From contig JAJPHT010000020.1 in NCBI GenBank assembly GCA_021325135.1, positions 1-64,000 on the forward strand: 64,000 nt of DNA. Reading direction: 5' to 3'. The DNA is from Pseudomonadota bacterium. Lineage in GTDB: Archaea > Thermoplasmatota > SW-10-69-26 > JACQPN01 > JAJPHT01. Both the position numbers and the translations under genes were made by a program. Positions 29,951-39,968 of the stretch are shown here, in pieces. Numbering within the stretch: the first letter of the stretch is position 1; each line of letters starts with the position of its first letter. The notes beneath the pieces were generated by a model. The model did no database searches, was not told where the DNA came from, and saw nothing but the letters and a program-made list of their open reading frames with translations.

Positions 29951-31540
29951 ATGAAGGGCCCCCTTGCCGCTCTGCTCCTCGTCGCCACCCTCCTGGGCGC
30001 GGGATGCCTCTCCTCCACCGAGACGCCCGCCTCCACCGCGGGGGCGAAGCTGGGCGCCGGGGCCACCATCAAGGACACCCTCGCCCTGGTGAGCACCGCG
30101 GGGGACAACCTCAGCGGCGCGCCCGTCTCGGGCGTCGTCCCCGCCATCTTCGACGTGCACCACGACGGCGGCGAGCCCACCATCGGCATCACGAAGGACG
30201 GCACGCTCTTCTACGCCGGCGCGACGTTCAAGAACGACGTCGCGGGCCAGAACCCCTGCACGGGCCTCTTCCCCGCCAACCCCGTCGCGGGCGACCCCCT
30301 CTGCTTCCCGCGCACGGACATCCTGCGCAGCGAGGACGGCGGCAAGACGTGGAAGGACGTGACGCCCTACCTCCCGGGAGGCCTCGTGCGCGAGCACTGG
30401 GACACGGGCGACCCCTACGTCTACGTCGACCCCGCCACCGACCGCGTGTTCGACATCGACCAGCGCCTCCAGCTCACCTGCCACACCGTCACGACCAGCG
30501 ACGACAAGGGCGCCTCGTGGGACCCCGTGGACGGCAAGGCGTGCCAGACGCCCCCCGCGGACCACCAGACCATCGTCGCCGCCAAGCCGCGCATGCTGGT
30601 GACGACGCCCCTCTACCCCGACGTCGTCTACTACTGCAACAACCAGATCGCGGCCTCCTCCTGCGCGCGCAGCCTGGACGGCGCGCAGACCTTCCAGGCC
30701 ATCCCGCCCCCCTACCTGGGCGCGAGCCCCTCGGACGGCCTTCCCGTCGACCCGGACAACGTGTTCGGCCCCGGCTTCTGCGGCGGCCTGCACGGCCACC
30801 TCAAGGCGGCGCCCGACGGCACGGTCTACCTTCCCAAGGCCCAGTGCGGCCACCCCGAGGTCGCCGTGACGCAGGACGACGGCACCAGCTGGAGCGAGGT
30901 CGTCGTGGCGCCCGGCATGCGCGCCGCGGGCGACCCCACCGTGGCCGTGGACCGCAACAACACCGCCTACTACGTGTTCATCGACCGCGACGACTGGCAC
31001 CTCTACCTGTCCAGCAGCAAGGACGCGGGCGCCCACTGGACGAAGCCCGTGGACGTGACCGTCCCCGGCGTCGAGGCCACGAACCTCCCCGCCCTCGTCG
31101 CGGGCGACGACGGCCGCCTCGCCCTCGCCTACGTGGGCACGACGACGCGCAACGCGTACAACATCAGCGCCGACAACGTCAGTGCCCTCAACAACGAGAC
31201 GTGGGACGGCTACCTCGCCGTCATCACCGGCGCCAACGCCGAGAAGCCCACCGTCACCACCGCCCGCGTGAACGCCCCCGGCGACCCCATCGTGCGCGGC
31301 CAGTGCGGGCCCGGCCGCTGCCGCACGCTCTTCGACTTCATCGACGTGCAGATGGACAAGGACGGCCGCCCCTGGGTCGCCCTCGTGGACAACTGCGTCG
31401 ACGCGTGCGCCAACGCCACCGGCACCGCCAAGGACAGCGTCGCGCGCGCCGGCTTCGTCACCACCTTCGAGCAGGGGCCCGGGCTCCTCGCCGCCATGCC
31501 TACGCTGCCTCCCATCCACGCGGCGGGCAAGACGGGTTGA
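29951..31540 (+). CDS. BNR/Asp-box (sialidase-like beta-propeller) lipoprotein
   Basis: GAGC lipobox; SEDGGKTW, SDDKGASW, SLDGAQTF, QDDGTSW, SKDAGAHW Asp-boxes. Confidence 0.85.
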   Translation: MKGPLAALLLVATLLGAGCLSSTETPASTAGAKLGAGATIKDTLALVSTAGDNLSGAPVSGVVPAIFDVHHDGGEPTIGITKDGTLFYAGATFKNDVAGQNPCTGLFPANPVAGDPLCFPRTDILRSEDGGKTWKDVTPYLPGGLVREHWDTGDPYVYVDPATDRVFDIDQRLQLTCHTVTTSDDKGASWDPVDGKACQTPPADHQTIVAAKPRMLVTTPLYPDVVYYCNNQIAASSCARSLDGAQTFQAIPPPYLGASPSDGLPVDPDNVFGPGFCGGLHGHLKAAPDGTVYLPKAQCGHPEVAVTQDDGTSWSEVVVAPGMRAAGDPTVAVDRNNTAYYVFIDRDDWHLYLSSSKDAGAHWTKPVDVTVPGVEATNLPALVAGDDGRLALAYVGTTTRNAYNISADNVSALNNETWDGYLAVITGANAEKPTVTTARVNAPGDPIVRGQCGPGRCRTLFDFIDVQMDKDGRPWVALVDNCVDACANATGTAKDSVARAGFVTTFEQGPGLLAAMPTLPPIHAAGKTG

Positions 31541-31596
31541 GAGATCGCGGGGCGCGCCGCAACGCTGATCGCCTCCGCCCGCGGTCTGCGCCGCGC

Positions 31597-31827
31597 ATGC
31601 GCGCCTCCGTCCTGCTCCTGGCCTCCCTCGCCCTCCTCCTCGCCGCCGTCCCGCTGACGCCCGGGGCCTCCGCGGCCTCCTGCGCCGTCCGCGACCCCGG
31701 CGTGGGGCCCATCGGCACGGACACCGCGGAGTACGCCACCGACGTGTGCAACGACACGCTGGGATACGCCCAGGCCGTCTGCAACGACGCCCTCAACCCC
31801 TTCGGCCTCGGCTGCACGATCGCGTAG
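31597..31827 (+). CDS. Small secreted 4-Cys protein
   Basis: Signal peptide MRASVLLLASLALLLAAVPLTPGASA; 4 Cys; internal YA..VCND repeat. Confidence 0.7.
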   Translation: MRASVLLLASLALLLAAVPLTPGASAASCAVRDPGVGPIGTDTAEYATDVCNDTLGYAQAVCNDALNPFGLGCTIA

Positions 31828-31848
31828 GGGCCGCTCTCGTCCCTGTTG

Positions 31849-31899
31849 TCGCTGGGGGCGGAGCCCCCAGAAAGAGCAAGAGGGGGCTTGCCACAAAGC
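31849..31899 (+). repeat. Family B REP-like hairpin (CTGGGGGCGGAGCCCCCAG)
   Basis: Same core and similar 3' flank as the reverse complement of 38995-39055. Confidence 0.7.
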
Positions 31900-31945
31900 G
31901 GGCCCGCTCGAAACCCCCAAATCCCCCCGGCGGGTTCGCCCCGGC

Positions 31946-32989
31946 ATGAAGGGCCCGACGCGGAGCTTCGCCAGCGACAACAACTCCGGCGTGCACCCGC
32001 GGGTCATGCGCGCGCTGGAGGACGCGAACCGCGACCACGTCCTGGCCTACGGCGACGACCCATACACCGAGGCGGCGCGGCGGCGCTTCAAGCAGGTCCT
32101 CGGCGAGCACGCCGAGGCGTTCTTCGTCTTCAACGGCACGGCAGCCAACGTGCTGGGCCTCGCGTCGCTGGTGAAGCCGTACCACGCGGTGATCACCAGC
32201 GAGTGGGCGCACGTCGCGCAGGACGAGTGCGGAGCCCCCGAGAAGCACCTGGGCACGAAGCTCCTCCTCGTGGCCGCGCCGGATGGCAAGCTGACGCCCG
32301 AGCGCGTGGCGCCCCACGTCAAGGGCCTGGGCGACCAGCACCACGTCCAGCCGCGCGTCGTCTCCATCACGCAGAGCACCGAGCTTGGCACCGTCTACAC
32401 GCCCGCCGAGGTGCGCGCGCTGGCGGACTACTGCCACGCGCGGGGCATGTTCCTCCACGTGGACGGCGCGCGCATCGCCAACGCCGCCGCGGCGCTGGGC
32501 GTCGAGCTGCGGGCCATCACCACCGACGCGGGCGTGGACGTGCTCAGCTTCGGGGGCACCAAGAACGGGCTCATGTTCGGCGAGGCCGTCGTGCTCCTGC
32601 GCGCGGGGCTCGCGGACGACTTCCGCTTCCTGCGCAAGCAGGGCATGCAGCTGGCCAGCAAGATGCGCTTCGTCGCCGCGCAGTTCGACGCGCTCCTCCA
32701 GGACGACCTGTGGCGCAAGAGCGCGGAGCACGCGAACCGCATGGCGAAGCTCCTCGCCGCCGAGACCACCAAGGTCCCCGGCGTCAAGCTCGCGCGCCCC
32801 GTGGAGGCCAACGCGGCCTTCCCCCTCCTGCCCGCCCGCGTCGCCGAGGCGCTCCAGAAGGACTGGCTCTTCTACCCGTGGGACCCCGCGCGCGGCGAGT
32901 ACCGCTGGGTCTGCTCCTTCGACACCACCGAGGCCGACGTCAAGGCGTTCGTGGCGGCGCTGCGCGACGCGATGGCGAAGCACGGGTGA
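31946..32989 (+). CDS. ltaE: Low-specificity L-threonine aldolase
   Basis: FASDN, YGDD, NGTAAN, DECGAPE, TELGTVY, HVDGARIANA, FGGTKNG. Confidence 0.93.
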   Translation: MKGPTRSFASDNNSGVHPRVMRALEDANRDHVLAYGDDPYTEAARRRFKQVLGEHAEAFFVFNGTAANVLGLASLVKPYHAVITSEWAHVAQDECGAPEKHLGTKLLLVAAPDGKLTPERVAPHVKGLGDQHHVQPRVVSITQSTELGTVYTPAEVRALADYCHARGMFLHVDGARIANAAAALGVELRAITTDAGVDVLSFGGTKNGLMFGEAVVLLRAGLADDFRFLRKQGMQLASKMRFVAAQFDALLQDDLWRKSAEHANRMAKLLAAETTKVPGVKLARPVEANAAFPLLPARVAEALQKDWLFYPWDPARGEYRWVCSFDTTEADVKAFVAALRDAMAKHG

Positions 32990-33007
32990 TGGTCGCTCTC
33001 CCGGTCG

Positions 33008-33093
33008 CCTCCGGCGAGGGGAATCCCCGAATCTCCGAATCTCAGAATCACCCTCGGCGATCCGGCGATTCGGGGCGTTTCCCTCGCCGGAGG
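33008..33093. repeat. Nested inverted repeat with internal 8-bp tandem (CCGAATCT)
   Basis: CCTCCGGCGAGGG/CCCTCGCCGGAGG arms, inner CCCCGAATC/GATTCGGGG arms, three C(C/A)GAATC(T/A) units. Confidence 0.7.
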
Positions 33094-33146
33094 AGCGGGG
33101 ATCGCCGCAAGGGTGAAGTGCGAAGCCCGGCCTGGCCCGACGCAGC

Positions 33147-33839
33147 ATGAGCCGCAAGTGGCTGCGCGAGCGCAGCAAGGACTTCTGGTACAAGCTCGCC
33201 AAGAAGGAGGGGTGGCGCACCCGGGCGAGCTTCAAGCTCATGCAGCTGGACGAGAAGTTCGAGCTTCTCTTCGAGGGCGCGCGGGTGGTGGACCTGGGCG
33301 CAGCCCCTGGCGGCTGGAGCCAGGTCGCGGTGGAGCTGGTCGGCCCCGAGGGGAAGGTCGTGGGCGTGGACCTCGACCGCATCGAGCCCATGGAGGGCGT
33401 CACCTTCCTGCGCGGCGACATGACGGACCCCGAGACGGTCTCCCGCGTCATGGAGGCCTGCGGCGGCGTGGCCGACGTGGTCATCAGCGACATGAGCCCC
33501 AACATCAGCGGCGCCTACGCCACGGACCACGCGCGCAGCATCCACCTCTGCGAGATGGCCCTGGAGTTCGCCGGCAAGGTGCTCGTGCGCGACGGCGCGT
33601 TCGTCTGCAAGGTCTTCGAAGGCGACATGTTCCACGACCTCCTGGGCAAGGTGCGCGCCCAGTTCGCGGACGTGAAGGTCGCGAACCCCGCCGCGTCGCG
33701 CTCCGCCAGCAGCGAGGTCTACGTCGTCGCGCAGGGCTTCCGCGGCCCCGGCCGGTACCCGCCCCTGGCGAAGCCCAAGGAGTGGCAGGAAGGGGACGAG
33801 CTTCCCCCCAGCCGCAAGGAGCGGAGGAAGCCGGAGTGA
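33147..33839 (+). CDS. rlmE: 23S rRNA 2'-O-methyltransferase RlmE/FtsJ
   Basis: R.RASFKL, VVDLGAAPGGWSQV, SDMSPNISG, KVFEG, SR..SSEVY. Confidence 0.96.
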   Translation: MSRKWLRERSKDFWYKLAKKEGWRTRASFKLMQLDEKFELLFEGARVVDLGAAPGGWSQVAVELVGPEGKVVGVDLDRIEPMEGVTFLRGDMTDPETVSRVMEACGGVADVVISDMSPNISGAYATDHARSIHLCEMALEFAGKVLVRDGAFVCKVFEGDMFHDLLGKVRAQFADVKVANPAASRSASSEVYVVAQGFRGPGRYPPLAKPKEWQEGDELPPSRKERRKPE

Positions 33840-34735
33840 GGACCCTCCGCGTCCGCGTCGGCCATTCTCCCGATTCGGCCGAAGCTGCGGCCTCGGCCTC
33901 TCGTGAGCATGGCCTCCGCGTCCGCGTCGGCCATTCTCCCGATCCGGACGACGCCTTCATGGTGTGGGCCCTGCACGCCGGCCTCGTCCGCGAGGATGAT
34001 ATCACCATCGAGCTTGTCCCCAAGGACATCGAGTCCCTGAACCAGATGGCGCTGCGCGGCGAGGGGCCCGAGGCCAGCGCGCTCTCCATGGCGACGTTCG
34101 CCCGCGTCGCGGACACCCACTGGCTCCTGCCCCACGGCGCGTCGTTCGGCGACGGGTACGGGCCCATCGTGGTCGCGCGGGAGGACGTGGACCTGCGGCG
34201 CGTCGCTATCGCGGCGCCCGGCGAGGGCACCACCGCCTACGCGACGCTGAGGATGGCGCTTCCCGGCGCGCGCTGCGTGCAGATGCCCTTCGACGAGATT
34301 CTCCCCGCCGTGCAGCAGGGCAAGGCCGAGGCGGGCCTGCTCATCCACGAGGGGCAGATCACCTGGCAGCGCGAGGGCGTGCGCAGGCTCCTGGACCTGG
34401 GCGTGTGGTGGAAGGGCGAGACGGGCCTCCCCCTGCCGCTGGGCATCAACGCGCTGCGCAAGGACCTGGGCCCTACGCTGGGCGCGCGCGTGAACCGGCT
34501 CCTCGCGCGCAGCGTCGAGGCGGGGCTCGCGCATCGCGCGGAGGCCCTGGAGTACGCACGCGGCTTCGGGCGTGGCCTCCCCACGCAGGACGCCGACACG
34601 TTCGTCTCCATGTACGTCAACGCGCTGACGCGCGACATGGGCGAGCGCGGCCGCGCCGCGGTGGCCGAATGGCTGCGCCGGGCCGCGGACGCGGGGCTCG
34701 TGCCTCGCGGGGCGCGGGTCGAGATGGCTCCTTGA
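33836..34735 (+). CDS. mqnD: 1,4-dihydroxy-6-naphthoate synthase with a 23-aa in-frame insertion/duplication
   Basis: GHSPDPDDAFM, DIE.LN, G.GYGPIVV, GLLIHEG, PLPLG, MYVN; GTG overlaps the rlmE stop. Confidence 0.92.
   Translation: MRTLRVRVGHSPDSAEAAASASREHGLRVRVGHSPDPDDAFMVWALHAGLVREDDITIELVPKDIESLNQMALRGEGPEASALSMATFARVADTHWLLPHGASFGDGYGPIVVAREDVDLRRVAIAAPGEGTTAYATLRMALPGARCVQMPFDEILPAVQQGKAEAGLLIHEGQITWQREGVRRLLDLGVWWKGETGLPLPLGINALRKDLGPTLGARVNRLLARSVEAGLAHRAEALEYARGFGRGLPTQDADTFVSMYVNALTRDMGERGRAAVAEWLRRAADAGLVPRGARVEMAP
33844..33943. repeat. 31-bp direct repeat flanking family A hairpin element (copy 2)
   Basis: CCTCCGCGTCCGCGTCGGCCATTCTCCCGAT at 33844-33874 and 33913-33943; 38-bp spacer begins TCGGCCGAAGCTGCGGCCTCGGCC. 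Confidence 0.92.
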
Positions 34736-34807
34736 GCGTTCGCGACTGGCGCGATCTCCTTCGTCACCACGCAACGCGACGAAGGGGCATCCACAGAACG
34801 GGAGCGC

Positions 34808-35551
34808 CTAGGCCCCGCGCTCCTCGCGCACGATGCGCCCCGACTCCATGTGCACGGTGCGGTCGCACAGCGACGCGACGTGCGGGTCGTGCGTCACGAC
34901 GACGTAGGTCTGCCCGCGCTCGCGGTTGAGGCCGCGCATGAGGGCGAACACCTCGCGGCCGGTGGCGGTGTCGAGGTTGCCCGTGGGCTCGTCGGCCCAG
35001 ACGATGGCGGGGTCGTTCACCAGCGAGCGCGCGATGGCGACGCGCTGCTGCTGGCCGCCCGACAATTCCGCGGGGCGGTGGTCCGCGCGCTCCGCGATGC
35101 CCACGGCGGCCAGCGCGCCGAGGGCCTTGCTGCGCGCCTCCTCGGGGGCGAGCCCTGCCACGAGGAGGGGCACCTCGACGTTCTCGATGGCCGTGAGCAC
35201 GGGGAGGAGGTTGAACGCCTGGAAGACGAAGCCCATGCGCTTCGCGCGCTGGAGCGTGCGCGAGCGCTCGGAGCGCGCCGCGAGGGCGACGCCCTCGATC
35301 TCCACCGTGCCGCCGTCGATGGCGTCGAGGCCGGCGAGGCAGTTGAGGAGCGTCGTCTTGCCGCAGCCGGAGGGGCCCATGATGGCCAGCATCTCGCCGC
35401 GCGCGACGTCGAGGTCCACGCCCTGGAGCGCCGGCGTCTCGACGCCCTCGCCCCGGTAGACCTTGGTCACGCCACGCGCGCGCACGATGGGCGCCGCGGG
35501 GTCGGGCGCGGGCTCGGGGGCGGCGGGCGCGCGGCGCAGGCGCAGGGGCAC
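34808..35551 (-). CDS. ABC transporter ATP-binding protein (LolD/MacB type)
   Basis: [43 protein letters not shown]. Confidence 0.93.
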   Translation of the reverse strand: MPLRLRRAPAAPEPAPDPAAPIVRARGVTKVYRGEGVETPALQGVDLDVARGEMLAIMGPSGCGKTTLLNCLAGLDAIDGGTVEIEGVALAARSERSRTLQRAKRMGFVFQAFNLLPVLTAIENVEVPLLVAGLAPEEARSKALGALAAVGIAERADHRPAELSGGQQQRVAIARSLVNDPAIVWADEPTGNLDTATGREVFALMRGLNRERGQTYVVVTHDPHVASLCDRTVHMESGRIVREERGA

Positions 35552-35623
35552 GCACGCGCATGGAGCCCGTGCCATAAAGGCCGCCGCCACAAGCTTGATG
35601 GCCGATCCTTCGGCTCGCCGCGC

Positions 35624-38600
35624 GTGGCGCGCCTCGGGCTCGCGGCCAAGCTCGCGCGGCGCAACCTGCTGCGCCGCCGCGCGCAGACCGCCATCGTCCT
35701 CGCCGGGCTCTTGGTGGGCACCGCCGTCGTCGCGGCCTCGCTCTCCGTGGCGGACAGCCTCCGCTACGGCATCCGCCGCTCCACCTTCGACGGGCTGGGC
35801 CCCGCCGACGAGTTCGTCCAGCTTGCGGGCCAGCGCTACTTCCCCGCCGGCGTCTACGACGCGCTGAAGAACGACAGCGCGCTGCGCGGCGCGACGCGCG
35901 GGCTCTCGCCGGTGGTGATCGACTCGGGGAGCGTCCGCGACGCGCGCACCCGCGAGACCGAGCCCGCCGTGGGCATCGCGGGCTTCGACCCCGCCGCGGA
36001 CCGCCCCTTCGGCCTCTTCACGCTCCAGGACGGGCGCCGCACGGACGGCGGCGAGCTTGGGCCGCAGGACGCGTACCTCGCGGAGGACGTCGCGGCGCGC
36101 CTCGACGCGAAGCCGGGCGACACGCTGGTGGTGGGCGTGCAGCGCGCGGGGTTGCCGCTCTCCGACGTGGTGTTCAGCATCCACGGCAACATCTCGGGCG
36201 TGGGCGGCGGCTGCGTCTCGCCCCCGGTGCCTGTTCCCGTCGTCCCCGGCGCGCCCCCCGTGCCGCCCGTCCCGTGCGCCTACACGCCCGACCCGGTGGA
36301 CAACGTCACGTACACGATCCCCGTGGGGCGCGGCGCCGCGCTGCTCACCGTGCTGCTGGAGCCCATCGGAGCCGAGGACTCGCCGACCCGGCCCGATCTG
36401 GATATCATCGCGACCTCGCCCAGCGGCAACCGCACCGAGGCGACGCAGGGGCTTCCCGGCGCGCCCAGCGACCCCGCCGTGCTCCGCATCGAAGGGAATC
36501 GATATCTCGAGCGCGGCGACTGGACGATCCAGGTCACGACCAAGGGGGGCGCGGAGGGCAAGTTCAACGGCGGCATCTTCGTCTCCTACGCGCAGTACGA
36601 CGCCACCGGGCAGGGCGCGGGCGCCGGGGAGACGGTCATCGGCGACGCGGACGCCTCGGCCTACCTCGCGGTGGGCGCCAGCGCCGCGGCGCACGAGAAC
36701 GTCACGCTCAAGGGCATCGTCAAGCGCGAGGGCAAGGGGCAGTTCCTCGGCACGACGGGCCTCTTTCTCAACCTCCCCGGCGCGCAGGCTCTCGTGGGGC
36801 AGCCCGGGCAGGTCAACGCCGTGAAGATGAGCAACGACGGCAGCGTCGAGACGGGCTGGCAGCGCGGCGCCGCCGCGACCGCTGCCGCCACGCGCGTCCT
36901 GGACGCGCAGCGCGCCGCGCACCCGGACGACCCCGTGTACGACCACCTCGCGCCCGCGCCCGTGAAGGCGCTGGGCCTCGCGGGCGCGGAGCAGGAGAGC
37001 AGGTTCTACCGCGACTTCCTCGCCGCCGTCTCCACGCTCACCGTCATCGCGGGCGTGCTGCTGGTGGTCAACGTCTTCGTGCTCCTCGCGCAGGAGCGCC
37101 AGCGCGAGCTTGGCGCCGCGCGCGCCATCGGCCTCTCGCGCGCCGACGTCGTCGCCTCCTTCGTCGTCGAAGGCGCGATCCTCGCCGCCCTCGCCGCGGT
37201 GGGCGGCGTGCTCGTGGGCCTCGTCGGCGCCGCGGGCGTCCTCTTCGGCTTCGACTTCATCCTCAGCGCCGTGGGCACGGGGCTGGGCACGTTCGTTCTC
37301 CATCCCGAGCCCGCGAGCCTCGCCCTCGCGGCGGGGCTCGGCTTCGTCGTGACGCTGGCCGCGGCCGCAGGGGCGTCGTACCGCATCGGCGGCATGAACG
37401 TCGTGCGCGCCCTGCGCGGCCTGGAGGACGACCCCGCCCACCGGCGCGGCGCATGGGCCGGCGCGGCTGCGCTCGTCCTCCTGGCCGTCGTCTCGCTCCT
37501 CCTGGGCCCCTTCGCCGCATGGGCCTTTGCGCCCCCCCTCCTCACGGGCGCCGCCGCGGCGCTCCTCGCGCGCCGTCGCTGGGCCCCGCCGCTGGCGGGG
37601 CTCCTTCTCGTGGCGGAGGGCGGGCTTGCCATCTTCCTCCTCACGCCGCCCGCGGACGCCGTGGGCCGCGTCCTGGGCGTCCTGCGCGGCGTGCCCGTCG
37701 CGCTGGGCCTGACGCTCCTGGCCCTGGGCGCGCCCGCCCTCGCGCGCGGCGCGGAGCGATTGCTATCACGCGTGCGCGCGCTGCGGCCCACCGCGCCCCT
37801 CGCGGTGCGCTATCCCCTCCGCCGCCGCGGGCAGACGGGGCTCACGGTCACGATGTTCGCCTTCGTGACGCTGATCCTCGTCTTCTTCAGCATCTTCGGC
37901 ACGACCTTCGCGCTGGACATCGCGGGCGAGACGGGCGGCTACGACGTGTACGCCACCACCGACGCGCCCTACAGCGACCTGCGCTACGCCTACGACCAGC
38001 AGCCCCCCGGCGCGCGCGACGCCTACGCCCTGGCCAACGTCACCTCGCAGGACCCGCTCCTCGTCGCCACCGTCGCGGGCGGGAGCCTCCTCACGCTGGA
38101 CGGCGCGCGGCCGCACTACAAGGGCGCGCCCGTGGACCGCGTCTTCGCCTCGCTGCCCAGCTTCCCCAAGCGCGAGCAGTTCGCCTTCGCCGAGCTCGAC
38201 CCCGCCTACCCCAACGGCAGCGCCGCCTTCGAGGCCCTCCTCAAGGACCCCACCCTCGCCATCGTCAGCGTCGCATACACGCTCGACGAGACGGGCAACC
38301 CCGGCGCGCACCACGTCGGCGCGGACCTCACGCTCCACTTGGCCACGGGCGACAAGCATCTGCGCGTCATCGGCGTCATGAAGGAGCTCTACCTGGGCGG
38401 CGTGTGGGTGAATCCCCTGGTGCTGCGCACGGGCTTCCAGCAGGTCAGCGGCGGCTACCTCCTCAAGGCCGCGCCGGGCCACGAGCCCGCAGCCGTCGCG
38501 CGGCAGCTGGAGCGCAGCTTCGACGGCACGGGCCTCCACGCGGTCGACCTGCGCACCGAGGCGGGCGTCGTCCTGGAGGAGAACGAGCAGTTCCTCCGCA

Positions 38601-38992
38601 TGTTCCAGATGTTCCTGGGCTTCGGCCTCCTCGTGGGCATCGCGTCGCTGGCGGTCGTCTCCGCGCGCAGCGTGCTGGAGCGCCGCGCCCACATCGGCGT
38701 GCTGCGCGCGCTGGGCCACACGCGCCTCTCCATCCTCACGTGGCTCCTGGGCGAGTCGCTCCTGGTCACCATCCTGGGCACGCTCGTGGGCGTCGCCGCC
38801 GGCTCGCTCCTCGCCTTCGGCGTGTGGTTCACCACCGTGCGCCCCGTCATGGCGGTGCCCTTCGCGTACTCGTACATCGTGATCCCGGTGATCCTCCTCA
38901 TCACGTGGGGCTGCGCGCTGGCGGCCGTCTTCCTCCCGGGATTCCTCGCGACTCGGGCCACGCCCGCCGAGATGGTGCGGCGCGTCGATTGA
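35624..38992 (+). CDS. Large FtsX/MacB-type ABC permease (two repeats, extracellular insertions)
   Basis: [29 protein letters not shown] motifs; about 1120 aa. Confidence 0.9.
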   Translation: MARLGLAAKLARRNLLRRRAQTAIVLAGLLVGTAVVAASLSVADSLRYGIRRSTFDGLGPADEFVQLAGQRYFPAGVYDALKNDSALRGATRGLSPVVIDSGSVRDARTRETEPAVGIAGFDPAADRPFGLFTLQDGRRTDGGELGPQDAYLAEDVAARLDAKPGDTLVVGVQRAGLPLSDVVFSIHGNISGVGGGCVSPPVPVPVVPGAPPVPPVPCAYTPDPVDNVTYTIPVGRGAALLTVLLEPIGAEDSPTRPDLDIIATSPSGNRTEATQGLPGAPSDPAVLRIEGNRYLERGDWTIQVTTKGGAEGKFNGGIFVSYAQYDATGQGAGAGETVIGDADASAYLAVGASAAAHENVTLKGIVKREGKGQFLGTTGLFLNLPGAQALVGQPGQVNAVKMSNDGSVETGWQRGAAATAAATRVLDAQRAAHPDDPVYDHLAPAPVKALGLAGAEQESRFYRDFLAAVSTLTVIAGVLLVVNVFVLLAQERQRELGAARAIGLSRADVVASFVVEGAILAALAAVGGVLVGLVGAAGVLFGFDFILSAVGTGLGTFVLHPEPASLALAAGLGFVVTLAAAAGASYRIGGMNVVRALRGLEDDPAHRRGAWAGAAALVLLAVVSLLLGPFAAWAFAPPLLTGAAAALLARRRWAPPLAGLLLVAEGGLAIFLLTPPADAVGRVLGVLRGVPVALGLTLLALGAPALARGAERLLSRVRALRPTAPLAVRYPLRRRGQTGLTVTMFAFVTLILVFFSIFGTTFALDIAGETGGYDVYATTDAPYSDLRYAYDQQPPGARDAYALANVTSQDPLLVATVAGGSLLTLDGARPHYKGAPVDRVFASLPSFPKREQFAFAELDPAYPNGSAAFEALLKDPTLAIVSVAYTLDETGNPGAHHVGADLTLHLATGDKHLRVIGVMKELYLGGVWVNPLVLRTGFQQVSGGYLLKAAPGHEPAAVARQLERSFDGTGLHAVDLRTEAGVVLEENEQFLRMFQMFLGFGLLVGIASLAVVSARSVLERRAHIGVLRALGHTRLSILTWLLGESLLVTILGTLVGVAAGSLLAFGVWFTTVRPVMAVPFAYSYIVIPVILLITWGCALAAVFLPGFLATRATPAEMVRRVD

Positions 38993-39014
38993 TTGCTTTT
39001 TTGAAGACCTCCTT

Positions 39015-39055
39015 TTGCCTTCTCGCTGGGGGCTCCGCCCCCAGCGAGAAGGCAA
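39015..39055. repeat. Family B REP-like hairpin with 18-bp arms
   Basis: TTGCCTTCTCGCTGGGGG-CTCCG-CCCCCAGCGAGAAGGCAA. Confidence 0.78.
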
Positions 39056-39102
39056 GTCTCGACTGCGGAAACCCTCAAGGGGGCGCACGCCGAGGCGGGG
39101 CG

Positions 39103-39753
39103 GTGCCCGAGCGCCGTCGCGCGACGCGCAGCGTCCTCCCGTGGCTCACGCACCGGAGGATGATCCCCAAGTGGGTGGCGCTCGTGGCGGCGGCCGCGCT
39201 GGCCTTCGCGCGCGGCCCCGCGCCCCACGCGGGCTGGCTCCTCCTCGCGGGGCTCCTGGCGTTCTTCCCCAGCGAGTACCTCGTCCACCGCGGCGTGTTC
39301 CACTTCTTCGCCGACAAGAGGGCGGGCGCCGTCGTCTCGCGCCAGCACGTCGAGCACCACCGGAGGCCCGACGACCTGGACTTCCTCTTCAACAACCCGC
39401 TCATCAGCGTGGGCGTGGGCGTCCTCTACTTCCTCGTCGCGCTGGCGGTCTCGCGCAGCGTGGCGGCCGCGGCGGCGTTCTCCCTGGGCAACTTCGCGGG
39501 GCTCCTCTACTACGAGCACGTCCACTTCACCGCGCACCGCCCCGGGAGCCGGCCGTGGACGCCGTGGAGCCGCCGCATGAAGCGGTTCCACCTCTGGCAC
39601 CACTACAAGCACGAGCGGCTCTGGTTCGGCGTCACCTCGCCCCTCTTCGACCGCGCGTTCGGCTCCGACGCGGACCCCTCCCAGGTGCCCCCCAGCGCCA
39701 CCGTGCGCACCCTGGTCCCCACCGCCGAACAGCAAGAATGGATGCGACGTTGA
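39103..39753 (+). CDS. Fatty acid hydroxylase / sterol desaturase family protein
   Basis: His boxes EY..HR..FH, H..HH, YE..H...H, FHLWHH, FGVTS..D..FG. Confidence 0.88.
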   Translation: MPERRRATRSVLPWLTHRRMIPKWVALVAAAALAFARGPAPHAGWLLLAGLLAFFPSEYLVHRGVFHFFADKRAGAVVSRQHVEHHRRPDDLDFLFNNPLISVGVGVLYFLVALAVSRSVAAAAAFSLGNFAGLLYYEHVHFTAHRPGSRPWTPWSRRMKRFHLWHHYKHERLWFGVTSPLFDRAFGSDADPSQVPPSATVRTLVPTAEQQEWMRR

Positions 39754-39785
39754 GGCGTGCCACGCGCCAGCGCACAGTTTATCCA

Positions 39786-39968
39786 TTCCATCGCCTTGTG
39801 GGGGCTGCGCGAGGCGCGCCAGCGCGCCCGAAAACCCTCGTTTCCGCTGGACCATCGGCACCCGCGCCATCACCTGGATTTCCACTGGAGCCGGCTCCCG
39901 TTTGTCGCCGGAATCCACACCAGACTTGGGTTTGGGCGCGGCTCCGCTCTCCATCTGAAGCGTGGGGG
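39786..39968. other. Cluster of ORB-like boxes; candidate replication origin
   Basis: Minus strand TCCAGCGGAAACGAGGG (39835-39851) and TCCAGTGGAAAT (39878-39889); plus strand TCCATCTGAAGCGTGGGGG (39950-39968); lies in a 280-bp intergenic gap. Confidence 0.5.

Noticed and set aside
33844-33943. 31-bp repeat / 38-bp spacer / 31-bp repeat as a mini-CRISPR
   Set aside because: The repeat is mqnD coding sequence, there are only two units, no cas genes or leader are present, and the spacer is itself a repeated hairpin element.
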